DNA from: Escherichia coli
GTDB lineage: Bacteria > Pseudomonadota > Gammaproteobacteria > Enterobacterales > Enterobacteriaceae
Assembly (NCBI RefSeq): GCF_044647545.1
Contig: NZ_CP172818.1
DNA: 64,000 bases
Strand: one strand, 5' to 3'
Every line of letters begins with the position of its first letter. The stretch's first letter is position 1. The position numbers were made by a program, and so were the translations under genes. Below are positions 58,734 to 64,000 of this stretch, piece after piece. Below the pieces are notes generated by a model. The model did no database searches. It was not told the DNA's origin and saw only the letters and a program-made list of their open reading frames with translations.

Positions 58734-59774
58734 ATGGCTCACCGCCCACGCTGGACATTGTCGCAAGTCACAGAATTATTTGAAAAACCGTTGCTGGATC
58801 TGCTGTTTGAAGCGCAGCAGGTGCATCGTCAGCATTTCGATCCTCGTCAGGTGCAGGTCAGCACTTTGCTGTCAATTAAGACCGGAGCTTGTCCGGAAGA
58901 TTGCAAATACTGCCCGCAAAGCTCGCGCTACAAAACCGGGCTGGAAGCCGAGCGGTTGATGGAAGTTGAACAGGTGCTGGAGTCGGCGCGCAAAGCGAAA
59001 GCGGCAGGATCGACGCGCTTCTGCATGGGCGCGGCGTGGAAGAATCCCCACGAACGCGATATGCCGTACCTGGAACAAATGGTGCAGGGGGTAAAAGCGA
59101 TGGGGCTGGAGGCGTGTATGACGCTGGGCACGTTGAGTGAATCTCAGGCGCAGCGCCTGGCGAATGCCGGGCTGGATTACTACAACCACAACCTCGACAC
59201 CTCGCCGGAGTTTTACGGCAATATCATCACCACGCGTACCTATCAGGAACGCCTCGATACGCTGGAAAAAGTGCGCGACGCCGGGATCAAAGTCTGCTCG
59301 GGCGGCATTGTGGGCTTAGGCGAAACAGTAAAAGATCGCGCCGGATTATTGCTGCAACTGGCAAACCTGCCAACGCCGCCGGAAAGCGTACCAATCAACA
59401 TGCTGGTGAAGGTGAAAGGCACGCCGCTTGCTGATAACGATGATGTCGATGCCTTTGATTTTATTCGCACCATTGCAGTTGCGCGGATCATGATGCCGAC
59501 CTCTTACGTACGCCTTTCTGCCGGACGCGAGCAGATGAACGAACAGACTCAGGCGATGTGCTTTATGGCTGGCGCAAACTCGATTTTCTACGGTTGCAAA
59601 CTGCTGACCACGCCGAATCCGGAAGAAGATAAAGACCTGCAACTGTTCCGCAAACTGGGGCTAAATCCGCAGCAAACTGCCGTGCTGGCGGGCGATAACG
59701 AACAACAGCAGCGTCTGGAGCAGGCGCTGATGACCCCGGACACTGACGAATATTACAACGCGGCAGCACTATGA
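58734..59774 (+). CDS. bioB: Biotin synthase (radical SAM)
   Basis: ORF track; 346 aa; CxxxCxxC motif. Confidence 0.96.
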   Translation: MAHRPRWTLSQVTELFEKPLLDLLFEAQQVHRQHFDPRQVQVSTLLSIKTGACPEDCKYCPQSSRYKTGLEAERLMEVEQVLESARKAKAAGSTRFCMGAAWKNPHERDMPYLEQMVQGVKAMGLEACMTLGTLSESQAQRLANAGLDYYNHNLDTSPEFYGNIITTRTYQERLDTLEKVRDAGIKVCSGGIVGLGETVKDRAGLLLQLANLPTPPESVPINMLVKVKGTPLADNDDVDAFDFIRTIAVARIMMPTSYVRLSAGREQMNEQTQAMCFMAGANSIFYGCKLLTTPNPEEDKDLQLFRKLGLNPQQTAVLAGDNEQQQRLEQALMTPDTDEYYNAAAL

Positions 59775-60925
59775 GCTGGCAGGAGAAAATCAACGCGGCG
59801 CTCGATGCGCGGCGTGCTGCCGATGCCCTGCGTCGCCGTTATCCAGTGGCGCAAGGAGCCGGACGCTGGCTGGTGGCGGACGATCGCCAGTATCTGAACT
59901 TTTCCAGTAACGATTATTTAGGTTTAAGCCATCATCCGCAAATTATCCGTGCCTGGAAGCAGAGTGCGGAGCAATTTGGCGTCGGTAGCGGCGGCTCCGG
60001 TCACGTCAGCGGTTATAGCGTGGCGCATCAGGCGCTGGAAGAAGAACTGGCCGAGTGGCTGGGCTATTCGCGGGCACTGCTGTTTATCTCTGGTTTTGCC
60101 GCTAATCAGGCGGTCATTGCCGCGATGATGGCAAAAGAGGACCGCATTGTTGCTGACCGGCTTAGCCATGCCTCATTGCTGGAAGCTGCCAGTTTAAGCC
60201 CGTCGCAGCTTCGCCGTTTTGCTCATAACGATGTCACTCATCTGGCGCGACTGCTTGCTTCCCCCTGTCCGGGGCAGCAACTGGTGGTGACAGAAGGCGT
60301 GTTCAGCATGGACGGCGATAGTGCGCCACTGGCGGAAATCCAGCAAGTAACGCAACAGCACAATGGCTGGTTGATGGTCGATGATGCCCACGGCACGGGC
60401 GTTATCGGGGAGCAGGGGCGTGGCAGCTGCTGGCTGCAAAAGGTAAAACCAGAATTGCTGGTGGTGACTTTTGGCAAAGGATTTGGCGTCAGTGGGGCAG
60501 CGGTGCTTTGCTCCAGTACGGTGGCGGATTATCTGCTGCAATTCGCCCGCCATCTTATCTACAGCACCAGTATGCCGCCCGCTCAGGCGCAGGCATTACG
60601 TGCGTCGCTGGCGGTCATTCGCAGTGATGAGGGTGATGCACGGCGCGAAAAACTGGTGTCACTCATTGCGCGTTTTCGTGCCGGAGTGCAGGATTTGCCG
60701 TTTACGCTTGCTGATTCATGGAGCGCCATCCAGCCATTGATCGTCGGTGATAACAGCCGTGCGTTACAACTGGCAGAAAAACTGCGCCAGCAAGGCTGCT
60801 GGGTCACGGCGATTCGCCCGCCAACCGTACCTGCTGGTACTGCGCGACTGCGCTTAACACTAACTGCCGCGCATGAAATGCAGGATATCGACCGTCTGCT
60901 GGAGGTGCTGCATGGCAACGGTTAA
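59771..60925 (+). CDS. bioF: 8-amino-7-oxononanoate synthase
   Basis: ORF track; 384 aa. Confidence 0.96.
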   Translation: MSWQEKINAALDARRAADALRRRYPVAQGAGRWLVADDRQYLNFSSNDYLGLSHHPQIIRAWKQSAEQFGVGSGGSGHVSGYSVAHQALEEELAEWLGYSRALLFISGFAANQAVIAAMMAKEDRIVADRLSHASLLEAASLSPSQLRRFAHNDVTHLARLLASPCPGQQLVVTEGVFSMDGDSAPLAEIQQVTQQHNGWLMVDDAHGTGVIGEQGRGSCWLQKVKPELLVVTFGKGFGVSGAAVLCSSTVADYLLQFARHLIYSTSMPPAQAQALRASLAVIRSDEGDARREKLVSLIARFRAGVQDLPFTLADSWSAIQPLIVGDNSRALQLAEKLRQQGCWVTAIRPPTVPAGTARLRLTLTAAHEMQDIDRLLEVLHGNG

Positions 60926-61667
60926 TAAACAAGCCATTGCAGCGGCATTTGGTCGGGCAGCCGCGCACTATGAGCAACATGCGGATCTACAGCGCCAGAG
61001 TGCTGACGTCTTACTGGCAATGCTCCCACAGCGTAAATACACCCACGTACTGGATGCGGGTTGTGGACCTGGCTGGATGAGCCGCCACTGGCGTGAACGT
61101 CACGCGCAGGTGACGGCGTTAGATCTCTCGCCGCCAATGCTTGTTCAGGCACGCCAGAAGGATGCCGCAGACCATTATCTGGCGGGAGATATCGAATCCC
61201 TGCCGTTAGCGACTGCAACCTTCGATCTTGCATGGAGCAATCTCGCGGTGCAGTGGTGCGGTAATTTATCCACGGCACTTCGCGAGCTGTATCGCGTGGT
61301 GCGCCCCGGAGGCGTGGTCGCGTTTACCACGCTGGTGCAGGGATCGCTCCCTGAATTACATCAGGCGTGGCAGGCGGTGGACGAGCGCCCGCATGCTAAT
61401 CGCTCTTTACCGCCAGATGAAATCGAACAGTCGCTGAACGGCCTGCATTATCAACATCATATTCAGCCCATCACGCTGTGGTTTGATGATGCGCTCAGTG
61501 CCATGCGTTCGCTGAAAGGCATCGGTGCCACGCATCTTCATGAAGGGCGCGACCCGCGGATATTAACGCGTTCGCAGTTGCAGCGATTGCAACTGGCCTG
61601 GCCACAAAAACAGGGGCGATATCCTCTGACGTATCATCTTTTTTTGGGAGTGATTGCTCGTGAGTAA
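60912..61667 (+). CDS. bioC: Malonyl-ACP O-methyltransferase
   Basis: ORF track 60873..61667; canonical start [23 protein letters not shown]; 251 aa. Confidence 0.95.
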   Translation: MATVNKQAIAAAFGRAAAHYEQHADLQRQSADVLLAMLPQRKYTHVLDAGCGPGWMSRHWRERHAQVTALDLSPPMLVQARQKDAADHYLAGDIESLPLATATFDLAWSNLAVQWCGNLSTALRELYRVVRPGGVVAFTTLVQGSLPELHQAWQAVDERPHANRSLPPDEIEQSLNGLHYQHHIQPITLWFDDALSAMRSLKGIGATHLHEGRDPRILTRSQLQRLQLAWPQKQGRYPLTYHLFLGVIARE

Positions 61668-62337
61668 ACGTTATTTTGTCACCGGAACGGATACCGAAGT
61701 GGGGAAAACCGTCGCCAGTTGTGCACTTTTACAAGCCGCAAAGGCAGCAGGCTACCGGACGGCAGGTTACAAACCGGTGGCCTCTGGCAGCGAAAAGACC
61801 CCGAAAGGCTTACGTAATAGTGACGCGCTGGCGTTACAGCGCAACAGTAGCCTGCAGCTGGATTACGCAACGGTAAATCCTTACACCTTCGCAGAACCCA
61901 CCTCGCCGCACATCATCAGCGCGCAAGAGGGCAGGCCGATAGAAGCATTGGTAATGAGCGCCGGATTACGCGCGCTTGAACAACAGGCTGACTGGGTGTT
62001 AGTGGAAGGCGCTGGCGGCTGGTTTACGCCGCTTTCTGACACTTTCACTTTTGCGGATTGGGTAACACAGGAACAACTGCCGGTGATACTGGTAGTTGGT
62101 GTGAAACTCGGCTGTATTAATCACGCGATGTTGACGGCACAGGCAATACTACACGCCGGACTGACTCTGGCGGGTTGGGTGGCGAACGATGTCACGCCTC
62201 CGGGAAAACGTCACGCTGAATATATGACCACGCTCACCCGCATGATTCCCGCTCCGCTGCTGGGCGAAATTCCCTGGCTTGCAGAAAATCCAGAAAATGC
62301 GGCAACCGGAAAGTACATCAATCTTGCCTTAATGTAG
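61660..62337 (+). CDS. bioD: Dethiobiotin synthetase
   Basis: ORF track 61654..62337; GTG start giving [17 protein letters not shown] (P-loop); 225 aa. Confidence 0.95.
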   Translation: MSKRYFVTGTDTEVGKTVASCALLQAAKAAGYRTAGYKPVASGSEKTPKGLRNSDALALQRNSSLQLDYATVNPYTFAEPTSPHIISAQEGRPIEALVMSAGLRALEQQADWVLVEGAGGWFTPLSDTFTFADWVTQEQLPVILVVGVKLGCINHAMLTAQAILHAGLTLAGWVANDVTPPGKRHAEYMTTLTRMIPAPLLGEIPWLAENPENAATGKYINLALM

Positions 62338-62348
62338 TCATCCTGTAC

Positions 62349-62400
62349 TTGGTTAAATTGCGAGCGAGATCGCGTCTTCGATTGACTGCAATTTAACCAA
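62349..62400. repeat. 13-bp perfect inverted repeat with 26-nt spacer downstream of bioD
   Basis: TTGGTTAAATTGC ... GCAATTTAACCAA, hand-counted. Confidence 0.6.
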
Positions 62401-62496
62401 TTAAATTCTAAAAAAATCACGAAAAAAATTTTACCTCCGCATCATGCGGTGAATGTGGGAATTGCCCAGGCGGCGGGGGATAGGGGCTGCAGACAG

Positions 62497-62519
62497 TTAT
62501 CCACTATTCCTGTGGATAA
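62497..62519. promoter_or_regulatory. Inverted pair of DnaA boxes upstream of uvrB
   Basis: TTATCCACT ... TGTGGATAA match the TTATNCACA consensus. Confidence 0.65.
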
Positions 62520-62821
62520 CCATGTGTATTAGAGTTAGAAAACACGAGGCAAGCGAGAGAATACGCGGCTTGCACGCGAATTGGCGTTAAAGACGGCTCA
62601 AAGAAATATCTTTTATTTTTTAACTGGTTAGATAATTGCAATGGCAGTCACTGAAGAGGCATCTCTTGCCATAAAACTGTCATCACTCATCTTGACAAAT
62701 GTTAAAAAAGCCGTTGCTTTGGGGATAACCCGGTAAGGCCGGAGTTTTATCTCGCCACAGAGTAAATTTTGCTCATGATTGACAGCTGAGTTTACGCTGT
62801 AACAGAAATATTATGGTGAGA

Positions 62822-62845
62822 AACTGTTTTTTTATCCAGTATAAT
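62822..62845 (+). promoter_or_regulatory. uvrB LexA box (SOS operator) overlapping a -10 element
   Basis: CTGT-N8-CCAG motif AACTGTTTTTTTATCCAGTA followed by TATAAT, about 85 bp upstream of uvrB. Confidence 0.8.
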
Positions 62846-62915
62846 TTGTTGGCATAATTAAGTACGACGAGTAAAATTACATACCTGCCCGCCCAACTCC
62901 TTCAGGTAGCGACTC

Positions 62916-64000
62916 ATGAGTAAACCGTTCAAACTGAATTCCGCTTTTAAACCTTCTGGCGATCAGCCAGAGGCGATTCGACGTCTCGAAGAGGGGCTGG
63001 AAGATGGCCTGGCGCACCAGACGTTACTTGGCGTGACTGGCTCCGGGAAAACCTTCACCATTGCCAATGTCATTGCTGACCTTCAGCGCCCTACCATGGT
63101 ACTTGCGCCCAACAAAACGCTGGCGGCCCAGCTGTATGGCGAAATGAAAGAGTTCTTCCCGGAAAACGCGGTGGAGTATTTCGTCTCCTACTACGACTAT
63201 TATCAGCCGGAAGCCTATGTACCGAGTTCCGACACCTTCATTGAGAAAGATGCCTCGGTAAACGAACATATCGAGCAGATGCGTTTGTCCGCCACCAAAG
63301 CGATGCTGGAGCGGCGTGATGTGGTTGTGGTGGCATCGGTTTCCGCGATTTATGGTCTGGGCGATCCTGATTTATATCTCAAGATGATGCTCCATCTTAC
63401 GGTCGGTATGATTATCGATCAGCGCGCGATCCTGCGTCGACTGGCGGAGCTGCAATACGCTCGTAATGATCAAGCCTTCCAGCGCGGTACTTTCCGCGTT
63501 CGTGGGGAGGTGATTGACATCTTCCCGGCAGAATCGGATGACATTGCACTTCGCGTGGAACTGTTTGACGAGGAAGTGGAACGATTGTCGTTATTTGATC
63601 CGCTCACCGGGCAGATTGTTTCCACTATTCCACGTTTTACCATCTACCCGAAAACGCACTACGTCACACCGCGCGAGCGCATTGTGCAGGCGATGGAAGA
63701 AATTAAAGAAGAACTGGCTGCCAGACGCAAGGTGCTGTTGGAAAACAACAAACTGCTGGAAGAGCAGCGGCTGACCCAGCGTACCCAGTTTGATCTGGAG
63801 ATGATGAACGAGCTGGGCTACTGTTCGGGGATTGAAAACTACTCGCGCTTCCTCTCCGGTCGTGGACCGGGTGAGCCACCGCCGACGCTGTTTGATTACC
63901 TGCCTGCCGATGGGCTGCTGGTGGTCGATGAATCTCACGTTACCATTCCGCAAATTGGCGGCATGTATCGCGGTGACCGGGCGCGTAAAGAGACGCTGGT
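62916..64000 (+). CDS. uvrB: Excinuclease ABC subunit B, 5' portion (runs off the window end)
   Basis: ATG at 62916; translation [48 protein letters not shown] stays in frame to position 64000; absent from ORF track because no stop in window. Confidence 0.95.

Overview
This window is a contiguous, syntenic stretch of Escherichia coli K-12-type core chromosome (about min 16-17.5), with every gene in the canonical order. From left to right: the cryptic ybgP/ybgQ/ybgD chaperone-usher fimbrial genes, gltA, sdhCDAB-sucABCD, mngR-mngAB, cydABX-ybgE, ybgC-tolQRA-tolB-pal-cpoB, a seven-gene tRNA-Lys/Val cluster, nadA-pnuC, zitB, ybgS, aroG, gpmA, galETKM, modEF, acrZ, modABC, ybhA, pgl, ybhD, ybhHIJ, ybhC, ybhB, bioA, bioBFCD and the 5' part of uvrB. 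I found no CRISPR array, IS element, transposase, integrase, prophage or inserted foreign block, so I do not see a previously undescribed system here. The two things most worth a second look are single-nucleotide deletions: one that frameshifts the last 12 codons of gltA, and one that shortens the T-loop of one tRNA-Lys copy (lysY) relative to the other four copies in the same window. The least characterised functional unit is the LysR-type ybhD plus ybhH-ybhI-ybhJ module. All gene identities rest on my recognition of the translated products from the ORF track and on conserved operon context; no database search was run. Coordinates for features absent from the ORF track were counted by hand and may be off by a base or two.
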